Shown here piece by piece: positions 1 through 8,422 of a stretch of 64,000 nucleotides of DNA. Below the pieces are notes generated by a model. That model did no database searches. It saw only the letters and a program-made list of their open reading frames with translations, and had not been told where the DNA came from. Each line of letters opens with the position of its first letter. Within the stretch, counting starts at the first letter, position 1. This DNA is from Acidobacteriota bacterium (GTDB lineage: Bacteria > Acidobacteriota > Aminicenantia > JBFLYD01). The translations under genes and the position numbers were made by a program. The stretch spans positions 4,854-68,853 of the forward strand of contig JBFLYD010000009.1 in NCBI GenBank assembly GCA_040756905.1, written 5' to 3'.

Positions 1-567
1 GTCAGCTGCATCTAAATCTAATCCAACGTAGAAAACTCTTGGTTCTGTTCCCATCTCGGGTTTTATAACATTAACCGGATTGGTGGAAATTGTTTGAGAT
101 ATTAAACTGTTTGGGTCGTTGATATCTCCAAAGATTCTTGCTCTTCCAATACAGGTTTCCACACAGGCAGGAACTAAGCCTACATCAACGCGATGGTGAC
201 AGAAAGTACACTTTTGAACGTATTTTTTTAGCGGGTTTACAAACCTTGCATCATATGGACATGAAGCAATACAATATTTACATCCTATGCATCTGTGCTG
301 ATCTATCATTACAATACCATCCTCTCGTTTCCATGTTGCCTTGACAGGACAGTTTGTAAGACATATAGGCTTTTCACAATTATTGCAGGATAACGGAAGA
401 AAAGAACGGGATACATGGGGAAATTTTCCCTTTTCTATTATTTTAACCCAGGATGCAAAAACTCCTACTGGAAAACTATTTTCAGCTTTACAGGCAACAG
501 AACATGTGTGACAACCGACACATTTTCTCAAATCTATAAGCATTGCATATCTTTTGTTATTTTTCAT
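1..567 (-). CDS. 4Fe-4S ferredoxin-type iron-sulfur subunit of a molybdopterin oxidoreductase (PsrB/HybA/NrfC-like). Partial: the C-terminus runs off the window start.
   Basis: Hand translation of the reverse strand gives MKNNKRYAMLIDLRKCVGCHTCSVACKAEN...CNNCEKPIC..CP...HRCIGCKYCIASCPYDARF...CTFCHHR...C. The four Cys clusters are typical of PsrB/HybA-type four-cluster Fe-S subunits. The start ATG overlaps the upstream gene's TGA (ATGA). The gene is missing from the ORF track because it runs off the edge. Confidence 0.7.
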   Translation of the reverse strand, partial: MKNNKRYAMLIDLRKCVGCHTCSVACKAENSFPVGVFASWVKIIEKGKFPHVSRSFLPLSCNNCEKPICLTNCPVKATWKREDGIVMIDQHRCIGCKYCIASCPYDARFVNPLKKYVQKCTFCHHRVDVGLVPACVETCIGRARIFGDINDPNSLISQTISTNPVNVIKPEMGTEPRVFYVGLDLDAAD

Positions 568-1433
568 TGCTTTCCGGATAAAGCTTCAAGATAAAATTCG
601 AATTCAGAAGACCAGAATGTTAGTTTAAGAAATACTCTCAAAATCACAAGCAATTGCATAATAAAGAAAGCAGACAAAATGGATAAAAATGTTGATGCCC
701 TGGAAATGGGGGATAAAAGATTATAGATAATGATAAAGATTGCGTTGATTAACCCAAGGGTAAAATAAAGATAAAAAGAAGAAAGGAGATTTTTAATTAA
801 AAATATCAATGTATCGAATAATTCTAATAAAATAATTTTCGAGTTATTGTAGACAATTTTTATTTTTGTCAGGTCGAATAAAAAATTGAGGAGAAAAAAT
901 GTTAGTAAGAATAGAATATCCATGCCAATTCTGAAGAAGAAAAATTGTTTCTCGTCCAATTTATAATTTTTTAAAATTAAATCAAAGAGCCATTTTCTTA
1001 TAAGAAAAAATGAGAATGCATAGAATGGAATTGAGATAAGAAAAACTTTAAAAAATCTCCAGAAATAATCATAACATCCTTCGAAAAAAGTTTTCAGGTT
1101 ATATCGTTCTTCTTCTCTAAGGAGAGTTTTTAAAATTCCGCCTGATAAAAATACATGGAATAATAGAAATACGATCCCAGAAATTATCAGGATATTTTTG
1201 TAGAGGGGAAAGAATTTTGGATAATTAAAGTTAAAGTCAATTAGAAATTCCATTGGAAAATCTCGAAGGAATAAATCGCTATAATGAGTTCTTGTTATAA
1301 GAGGTTTCATGATGTAATAAATTGGTGTGACTAAAAAAAGAGAAAACGAAAGATTAATTAAATAGAGCCAGAGTATAATTTTTTTTGACCTGAGACTCCT
1401 CTTAATTCCATAAAATATCGACCTGAAAATCAT
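564..1433 (-). CDS. Polytopic integral membrane protein, function unknown.
   Basis: 289-aa ORF that is very hydrophobic with multiple predicted TM segments. Its stop overlaps the Fe-S gene start by 4 nt, so it is co-operonic with SppA and the Fe-S subunit. It does not look NrfD-like. Confidence 0.5.
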   Translation of the reverse strand: MIFRSIFYGIKRSLRSKKIILWLYLINLSFSLFLVTPIYYIMKPLITRTHYSDLFLRDFPMEFLIDFNFNYPKFFPLYKNILIISGIVFLLFHVFLSGGILKTLLREEERYNLKTFFEGCYDYFWRFFKVFLISIPFYAFSFFLIRKWLFDLILKNYKLDEKQFFFFRIGMDILFLLTFFLLNFLFDLTKIKIVYNNSKIILLELFDTLIFLIKNLLSSFYLYFTLGLINAIFIIIYNLLSPISRASTFLSILSAFFIMQLLVILRVFLKLTFWSSEFEFYLEALSGKQ

Positions 1434-1436
1434 CGA

Positions 1437-3134
1437 TCAATTTATCGATATAATCCATGGCATTATCGCCAATGCTTTTGAATAAACATTCGATTTTAAA
1501 AATGGGATTGCAAAGAAATGTTTCAAATCTACATTGATTAGATGAGTCTCCCCCTCTGAAGAGTTGAAAATAAGCTGCCAGAGAGTTTTTCTTTTTGGAA
1601 AAAATTCAATAACTACCGATTCCTCTTTTGGGATCTTTGCTTTGGATTTTGCAATCTCAATGGCTTTCAAAACACCACCCACCTCATCTATCAATTTTAA
1701 TTTTTTTGCCTGTTCTCCTGTCCAGACTCTTCCCTTTCCAATTTTATCGATCTCATCTATTTTCATATTTCTTGATGTAGAGACCCTTTTCAGGAATGTT
1801 TCATAAATCCATTTCATTTCTTCGATTATTTTCCCTTTTTCTTCTGGTGAAAATTCCCTGTAATCAGAGAAAAGCTCTGCATATTTTCCTCTACTTATGA
1901 TTTCTTTTGTTATTCCTATTTTATCGTAGAATCCCTTCAGATTGAATTTCCCGTAGATAACCCCGATGGAACCGGTAAAAGACCAAGGCTGACTTATAAT
2001 GTAGTCAGAACCAAGCGATATCCAGTATCCTCCAGAGCCCGCTAAATCAGACATTGATACGATGAGAGGCTTTTTTTCTTTTAAAGTAAGCTCAGCCCTT
2101 AAAATTATATCAGAAGCAATGGCTGAGCCTCCTGGAGAGTCAATCCTTAATACTACTGCTTTTATGGATTTATCATCTTTTACCCTATTTAAAATCTTTG
2201 TCATAGTATCCGATCCAATAAGGGGGGCACCGAAAATAGAATCCTTTCCACTTTCTCCTATATCGATAGCACCAAGCCCATAAACAATTGCTATTTTCTT
2301 TTTTCCCGTTAGAGGAAATTTAACTTTTGAATATTTCTTTATATCAATGAAGTCAAACCCTTCTTTTTTTATTTCGTTCAGGATTTCATCCTCATAGGCT
2401 AATCTATCGATAAGTCCATTTTTTAATGTATCTTCAGGAAGATATGGTCCCTCCTCTATTATCTTTTTTATTTCTTTTAAGTCTTTTTTCCTTGAGTTAG
2501 ATATTTCCCTTAGGAATCTTTCATAATAATCATCTAAAAGAGAATTTGCCATTTCTCTATGGGCGTTGGTGAACTTATTTTCAGTAAAAGTATTGGATGC
2601 TGTTTTATAATCTCCTATGTGTTCGAGCTCTGCTTTTATTCCAAGCTTATCAAGAGTATTTTTGAAAAAGATGTATTCTGATGCGAATCCCTTTATCAGT
2701 AGCAATCCAGTGGGCAAAAGATTTACTTTTGAGCAAGAAGCTATAAAATATTCAAGATTTCCTCCTGTCTCGAGGAAAGTTACAATTTTTTTTCCAGAGC
2801 TTGAAAAATCTTCAAGATAATCTCTTATTTCCTGGGCTTTTGCCCATCCAATTCTTAAAGGATATATCTTTAGATAGATTCCTTTAATTTTTTTGTCATC
2901 CTTTGCTTTTTTTATGTTGACCAGTAAATCCTTTATTGTAAGAGGTTTTTCAAATATAGGAAATCCTCCATAATCGATTATTTCTTCAGGAATGTCACCG
3001 CCAATGCTTATAATAAGGTAGCTATCTTTTTTTACCGTTACCTCTTCCTTTAAGCCAATTATTATGAATGATGCGATTGTAGCAATTATTATGATAAAAA
3101 ATATCAAAAAAATTATTAAAATTGGTTTCCTCAT
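1437..3134 (-). CDS. sppA: Signal peptide peptidase SppA (protease IV, 67K type).
   Basis: 565 aa with an N-terminal TM segment and two ClpP/crotonase-like halves. Motifs include VLRIDSPGGSAIASD and SMSDLAGSGGYWISLGSDYIISQPWSFTGSIGV. Confidence 0.8.
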   Translation of the reverse strand: MRKPILIIFLIFFIIIIATIASFIIIGLKEEVTVKKDSYLIISIGGDIPEEIIDYGGFPIFEKPLTIKDLLVNIKKAKDDKKIKGIYLKIYPLRIGWAKAQEIRDYLEDFSSSGKKIVTFLETGGNLEYFIASCSKVNLLPTGLLLIKGFASEYIFFKNTLDKLGIKAELEHIGDYKTASNTFTENKFTNAHREMANSLLDDYYERFLREISNSRKKDLKEIKKIIEEGPYLPEDTLKNGLIDRLAYEDEILNEIKKEGFDFIDIKKYSKVKFPLTGKKKIAIVYGLGAIDIGESGKDSIFGAPLIGSDTMTKILNRVKDDKSIKAVVLRIDSPGGSAIASDIILRAELTLKEKKPLIVSMSDLAGSGGYWISLGSDYIISQPWSFTGSIGVIYGKFNLKGFYDKIGITKEIISRGKYAELFSDYREFSPEEKGKIIEEMKWIYETFLKRVSTSRNMKIDEIDKIGKGRVWTGEQAKKLKLIDEVGGVLKAIEIAKSKAKIPKEESVVIEFFPKRKTLWQLIFNSSEGETHLINVDLKHFFAIPFLKSNVYSKALAIMPWIISIN

Positions 3135-3396
3135 CCAATCCTCCTTTATAAAATATTTTTTAAAAGATAATTCACCAGCTTCCTCTTTTTTATTAGAGTT
3201 TTTAGCAATTAATTATTCTAATTTATTAATACGAATATTTCCATCAAAAGTTTTTCTTACTGACATGATTGAAAAGACTTAACTTCTTTTCTATTTGATT
3301 AATTTATTTATGCAATTAAGTTTATGATGTTAAAAATCAAAGCTGCATTATTTCATTTTCATTTGAGAAAACCCTCAAATAAGCCAGGCACAAGGG

Positions 3397-3514
3397 GGGT
3401 CAGATCTTCATTATTCATTATTTAAATATTTCATTAATCGGATTCAATGTATTTTCCAAAAAAATATGATAAAAAATAATAATTAATTTTAAACGAATAA
3501 TGAAGATCTGACCC
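3397..3514. repeat. 118-bp element bounded by a perfect 20-bp inverted repeat (gggtcagatcttcattattc / gaataatgaagatctgaccc) around a 78-bp AT-rich core.
   Basis: Arms read directly from the sequence at 3397-3416 and 3495-3514. Lies intergenic between sppA and ubiE. Confidence 0.5.
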
Positions 3515-3695
3515 TATAAACATTGGCCTCTTATGACCCTATAATAAACATAAACACCCAGATTGTCCTCTTATTTAAACCAGGGTTTTTGGTTTTCCCT
3601 TCCGGTTTAGAGAGACTGTTTTAATTTCTCCTGTTCGAATCTTTACTTGATTTATTGTAATTTGGTATCCTCTTAGTCTTTGTAAATTTAGAAAG

Positions 3696-4388
3696 ATGAG
3701 AAAGAAAAAAACTGATGAATTGTTTTCTCTAATTGCTGATAAGTATGACCTTTTAAACCATATCCTGAGTCTGAATGCTGATAGAAGGTGGAGAAAGAAA
3801 CTGGCAGAACTTTTAAGCTTTTCTAAATCTTACAAAATACTGGATGTTTGTGCAGGAACATGTGACTTAGCTATTACCCTTGCTAAAAAAGGTCCAAAAG
3901 CAAAGATTATAGGAATTGATATATCTGAAGATATGTTAAAAATAGGCTTGAGAAAGATAGACAACTTAAACCTTTGTCAAAATATAACCCTTCAGAGAAG
4001 TGATGCTTTTAATCTTCCTTTCAGAGATGAAACCTTTGATGCAGTGACCATTGGCTTTGGCTTGAGGAATTTTCTTGATGTAAAAAAAGGCATAGAAGAA
4101 ATGATACGAGTGCTAAAGAAAGGTGGCGTGCTTTTGATCCTTGAGCTCACACTTCCTGAACAAAGTTTTTTAGCAAAAGTTTATAAATTCTATCTTAAAA
4201 AGATTGTCCCATTAATAGGAGGTTTAATTTCTGGCTCAAAAGCTTCCTATGAATATCTTTCATCATCAATAATAGGTTTTTTCGATCGGGAAGAAATTAT
4301 TGAGTTATTAAAAGAAGAGAAATTAAAAAATATTTATTTAAAAAATTTAAGCTCTGGAATCGCCTGCATCCTTAAAGGCGAGAAATAA
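3696..4388 (+). CDS. ubiE: Demethylmenaquinone/ubiquinone C-methyltransferase (UbiE/MenG family, class I SAM methyltransferase).
   Basis: The N-terminal YDLLNHILSLNADRRWRKK signature is characteristic of UbiE/MenG. The SAM motif ILDVCAGTCDL follows, with a motif II/III region. Confidence 0.75.
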   Translation: MRKKKTDELFSLIADKYDLLNHILSLNADRRWRKKLAELLSFSKSYKILDVCAGTCDLAITLAKKGPKAKIIGIDISEDMLKIGLRKIDNLNLCQNITLQRSDAFNLPFRDETFDAVTIGFGLRNFLDVKKGIEEMIRVLKKGGVLLILELTLPEQSFLAKVYKFYLKKIVPLIGGLISGSKASYEYLSSSIIGFFDREEIIELLKEEKLKNIYLKNLSSGIACILKGEK

Positions 4389-4814
4389 ATTATTCATTTT
4401 ATTCAGTTTTGTATTTCTATTTTTTTATTTTTTCATCGTTTGCCTTACTTGTGACCCATTTTTACCTCACAAAAACATGATGCAATTTTCTTCTACATCT
4501 ATTAATTATTTTAAAAATATTTCTTTTCTGCTAAATTCCCTAAATTTATAGATATTGAGAAGGATTTTTCTATTCTTTTAAAAGCATATGAATATGCACA
4601 AAATTCCTATAATTTCTTATAAATTAAAGCTCAGATTATCAACAAAGTCTGTGGGTGCCTGAAAAATAAAGTTGTATTCAAAAATTATATTTTAGAGAGA
4701 ATATTGGAAAATGTTCTTCGCATTGCCAAATTCGGCGAAGAGAATTTTAATGATAGTGTTGCATCTAATAGCGTAAGATATTATCCCCGGCTTATTTTTA
4801 ATTCTTTAATTATA

Positions 4815-5369
4815 TCATCTCAACCTTTTTAATACCGCTTTTTGGATTACGGAAAATCTGTCTTTAGCCATAAAATCTTTGTATAAACTTTCTGTTAAGG
4901 AGCCTTCTGGATAATTGGTTTTCTCTTGTATAGCCATAAGCTCTGTCACGACAAGCAGGAATTCTACAGAAAATTCTCCCACTTTATCTAATTCTTTGAA
5001 TGGTTCGATATGCTCTGCTTTGAAAAACTGAAGGCTTGGTGGAAATGAATTTACAGGTTTTATTTGACTGAGCATTGCCAAGATATGGTCTTTAAGTTTC
5101 AAAGTTAATAAAGAACTATGAGCATGTTTGACATACATCTCTACAATTAAGTGAACATGAGCGGGGGTGCGTTCTCGTTTGTTTGGCTCTTGGAATTTTA
5201 CAATGAAATCGTAAGGGGATTCTGACTTTCTGCCAGGGTAAACTGCAATTTTAATATTTGTTTTTGTAGTATAAACGACTTCATCTTCTTGAAAGCGTCT
5301 AACTCTCCAAATTTTATAAGATGACTTTATGTAATAGTAAATTGCTACCAATAATTTAAATAATTTCAA
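4815..5369 (-). CDS. Hypothetical protein, last gene of the methyltransferase cassette; candidate nuclease.
   Basis: 184-aa ORF whose start overlaps the upstream stop by 4 nt. Possible PD-(D/E)xK-like pattern PYDFIV...HLIVEMYVKH. No firm family recognised. Confidence 0.4.
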   Translation of the reverse strand: MKLFKLLVAIYYYIKSSYKIWRVRRFQEDEVVYTTKTNIKIAVYPGRKSESPYDFIVKFQEPNKRERTPAHVHLIVEMYVKHAHSSLLTLKLKDHILAMLSQIKPVNSFPPSLQFFKAEHIEPFKELDKVGEFSVEFLLVVTELMAIQEKTNYPEGSLTESLYKDFMAKDRFSVIQKAVLKRLR

Positions 5370-5566
5370 TATTTTACCTCCTCTTGTACGGATGAGGGTG
5401 GACAGACCTCAATTTCTGCTCCACATTCATAACAAAACTCGACATTAAAAGTCATGCTACCAGGAATAGGGCACTCATCTAAGTCAATTCGAGATTTACA
5501 TACAGGGCATCTAATATACCATGTACCATTCTTCCTTTCTTTTGCCTTTGCTTTTCTTACTCTCAT
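5366..5566 (-). CDS. Small 4-Cys zinc-ribbon protein.
   Basis: 66 aa with CPVC...C...CYEC...C. Translationally coupled (4-nt overlaps) between the methyltransferase and the 184-aa ORF. Confidence 0.45.
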   Translation of the reverse strand: MRVRKAKAKERKNGTWYIRCPVCKSRIDLDECPIPGSMTFNVEFCYECGAEIEVCPPSSVQEEVKY

Positions 5567-7164
5567 TTTACCACCTCATAAATAAGTAGATATTGATGTG
5601 TTATTTTCAAATTATTATCTTTTTCTACTTCTTTGATTTCATTATCAGTTTTTTGTTCTTCTTGAGCTACAACTACAATTTCTTTTAACCATAAATTGTC
5701 AGAGACGATTAGATCTACTATTCTTTTGCCAAGAGGTTCAATAAATCCATCCATTCTTACATCCTGCGTTTGGACTACTAAAAATCCACCTTTGTTAACA
5801 TTAGGTAAGCTTTGTATCACGGTCTGTCTTATTTCTTCTAAATAGTGCTCAATGTTTGGCTTTAAAGGGTTATTGTTCAAAAATGTTGCTTTTATAAAAA
5901 GCAGGTCTATCTTCTTTTTCCCATCTTCTTTAGTAAAAGATGCCTGATTTTCAAAATTGACATTAAAATTTATAGTTGAGTATTTACCTCCAATTGAATA
6001 CCTATTAATTACATTTTTGTTTAAACGCTCTTCCAAATCTCTCTCAGGAAATAGCCATACCGTGGTAGTTTCAAGTTCATCTATTTTTTTCAAGGGTATT
6101 TTTTCAAATGCAGGAATAACACCTCCATAATCTAAGCTCTCTTCTCTTAAGGCTAAGGAGGGGGCAAGTGACTCGGGTTTTTCAAAAATTGGTAGATATT
6201 CGTGGGCCAAAAGGAGGAAATTATATTTTGTGCTTTTTTCATACCAAAATCCAGTAGTTTTACAATTATGCTGGCGTTTAATCACCAATTCCCTTATTTT
6301 AAACCCTGCTTCTAAAAAAACATTTATTGTTTGAAATCCTATGGGAATAACATGTTTATGTTTTCTGGTATCTCCGATAAGAATTGCGCATTTTCCGCTA
6401 GGTTTAAGGACACGGTAACTTTCACTTGCAACTTTTTTTATCTCCTTTAAAAAATCTTTAACACCAAGCTTTGATAAGTCACCTTCAACGCTAGAACTAT
6501 AATTAATGATTCCTGCATAAGGAGGGTGAGCACAAATAAGGTCAATACTATTATCTGATATATGAGAGAGAGACCTTGCATCACTTACTGAAACATCGGG
6601 TTCATAGATGGAGAAAGGAAATAGTGTTGTTGGAGGTGAAAATTTTAAATTTTCTAAGGTTAAACCTATACATGCTGGGTTGATGTCTCTAGCTATGCAT
6701 CTTCTACCAAGTAACTTCGCCTCTACTGCTGTAGTTCCACCTCCGACGAAATAATCCAAAACAATATCTCCAGGTTTTGAATATTTCAAGATTACATTCC
6801 TTGGTATGTACGGCGCCCAGTTTCCTCTATATCTTCCATCATGCGTTGCCCAATCTCCTCTTTGTTTAAAACTCCAAACAGTTGTAGTATCTTCTCTAAA
6901 ATTTTTAGGTTCCCAATATTTTATCTTCCTGAGTTTTGTGAGAACCGAAATATTGATTCCATATGCTTCGGTGATAATTTCTTCCAGTTGTCTGAAAGTA
7001 ATTCCAAACAATGTGCCAATTTCTGGATCTGGTATTCCTTTCTCTTTCGCCTTCAATACTGATTCCTTAAATTCTTTTTCACTATGTTGAGAACGTATAT
7101 GCTCCCCTAAATTTCCATAATGCGGCTTCTTGCATATAGGACATTCGCTTGTTAATTTTTGCAT
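5563..7164 (-). CDS. DNA methyltransferase of the N6-adenine/N4-cytosine family (PF01555-like) with an N-terminal zinc finger, an HTH region and a C-terminal degenerate methyltransferase-like module.
   Basis: The AdoMet motif VLDYFVGGGTTAVEAKLLGRRCIARDINP (FxGxG) is preceded by TTTVWSF...NWAPYIP. A catalytic-type IDLICAHPPYAG (xPPY) motif and VLKPSGKCAILIGD follow. The N-terminus carries a CPICKKPHYGNLGEHIRSQH C2H2-like finger. Confidence 0.75.
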   Translation of the reverse strand: MQKLTSECPICKKPHYGNLGEHIRSQHSEKEFKESVLKAKEKGIPDPEIGTLFGITFRQLEEIITEAYGINISVLTKLRKIKYWEPKNFREDTTTVWSFKQRGDWATHDGRYRGNWAPYIPRNVILKYSKPGDIVLDYFVGGGTTAVEAKLLGRRCIARDINPACIGLTLENLKFSPPTTLFPFSIYEPDVSVSDARSLSHISDNSIDLICAHPPYAGIINYSSSVEGDLSKLGVKDFLKEIKKVASESYRVLKPSGKCAILIGDTRKHKHVIPIGFQTINVFLEAGFKIRELVIKRQHNCKTTGFWYEKSTKYNFLLLAHEYLPIFEKPESLAPSLALREESLDYGGVIPAFEKIPLKKIDELETTTVWLFPERDLEERLNKNVINRYSIGGKYSTINFNVNFENQASFTKEDGKKKIDLLFIKATFLNNNPLKPNIEHYLEEIRQTVIQSLPNVNKGGFLVVQTQDVRMDGFIEPLGKRIVDLIVSDNLWLKEIVVVAQEEQKTDNEIKEVEKDNNLKITHQYLLIYEVVK

Positions 7165-7706
7165 TTTAATTATAAATATTGCGATTCTATTTAAATACTT
7201 TCATTGCTCGCTGTTTTACCCAATTTATTTATATTTAAACAATTTAGAATACATTTCTTTTTTATAAATATCCACATTAATTTTTTTACTAACTTTATCT
7301 CCCCATGCATCTTCTGCCATACCTTTTCTTTATTTTTATATAATTATTCCTGATTAAAAATCAATTTTTTCTCATTGTCGTTTTTTTAAATCTATTAGCT
7401 CTATCCTCTTTTCTTATACTAAACAGACTAATTAAAAATTAACTAGCCAGCACATTGTTTAAATCTATAGTATAATTACACTGAAGATTTATATTTTTGT
7501 TCTTATATAAATATAAAGCTCAGACATAAAATCATTGTTATAAATTTTACATAATTTTGTTGAAATTATGATAGATTGATACTAAACTCCTTAAAAAAAG
7601 AAAAAATAGTATTGAAGTGATTTTTCTATACTTTTTAAGTTCTTTTAAATTCCTTAAAATTCCTATGATTCCCTACAAATTAATCACACTCATTATGTAT
7701 ATGTCT

Positions 7707-7736
7707 TCGGGATAAAAGTAGTCCCGATATGTCGGG
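7707..7736 (-). terminator. Overlapping hairpins (tcggga-N9-tcccga and cccga-tatg-tcggg) downstream of the 7800-8315 gene; possible terminator.
   Basis: Stem-loops read directly from the sequence. On the minus strand there is only a weak U-rich segment (ACUUUUAU) after the stem. Confidence 0.3.
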
Positions 7737-7799
7737 ATTCGGGTAAATCTTCAATTTCTCTTTTATCCAATGTTAGCCACCGGCGAAATATTATTCCTA

Positions 7800-8315
7800 T
7801 CATGGCTTATTTGTTTCAATCAAAACCTTTCGATAAAGGTCATAAATAGCGTTAATTATAGGTTTCAATTCATATTTATCTCCTCTAAAAGTAAGCGCCC
7901 AAGTCGTATCTTCAAAATTACGAAGAAAATCCTCTGTATCTATTCCAGCTATCATGTTAGATAGACCAATATTTGAATCAACAAAATTATGTCTTTTAGA
8001 TGACATGATCCAAGTTTCTAATCTTTCATCAAAATGTTCAAAATGATTCCTAAAATTCCTTGGATGTATAGGAGAATTATCTTCGATACCTAAACTTTTT
8101 CTCAATTCTTCTCCCCTTTTTTGAGATTCTTTTTTTGATGGCCAAAAAATTTTAGATATATTACCAATAGCTACTAAGAAATTTTGTATCGCATACCAAA
8201 CTATATCGGAATTAATGTTTAATAATCCAGATTTTATTTCATCTATAGCAGTAATTGCAAATTTACATTGTCGCTCAATTTCTATCAGAAATATTTTTAA
8301 AACCATTTTTTCCAT
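7800..8315 (-). CDS. Hypothetical protein with a HEPN-like Rx4H motif (possible RNase, abortive-infection type).
   Basis: 171 aa. HPRNFRNHFEHFDERLE contains RNFRNH and RNHFEH, matching Rx4-6H. An isolated gene flanked by long AT-rich spacers. Confidence 0.4.
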   Translation of the reverse strand: MEKMVLKIFLIEIERQCKFAITAIDEIKSGLLNINSDIVWYAIQNFLVAIGNISKIFWPSKKESQKRGEELRKSLGIEDNSPIHPRNFRNHFEHFDERLETWIMSSKRHNFVDSNIGLSNMIAGIDTEDFLRNFEDTTWALTFRGDKYELKPIINAIYDLYRKVLIETNKP

Positions 8316-8422
8316 TTTAATTATTCCTTATTTTTCGCTATTGCATATCATGATCGGCATAAAAGAAGTTGGAAGAATTTGAGTGAGACTTTTGTGCCAT
8401 GCTAGATGCCGTTTCCGTTTAA

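Noticed and set aside
138-344. 68-aa plus-strand ORF at the window start.
   Set aside because: It lies antisense inside the clearly coding Cys-rich Fe-S gene on the minus strand. It has no motif and is an AT-rich antisense artefact.
1564-3282. Several 60-94-aa plus-strand ORFs (1564-1806, 2062-2283, 2617-2820, 3064-3282).
   Set aside because: All lie antisense within sppA. They are unconserved-looking, low-complexity translations typical of shadow ORFs.
6806-7090. Two overlapping plus-strand ORFs inside the methyltransferase gene.
   Set aside because: Antisense shadow ORFs. The minus-strand frame carries unmistakable methyltransferase motifs.
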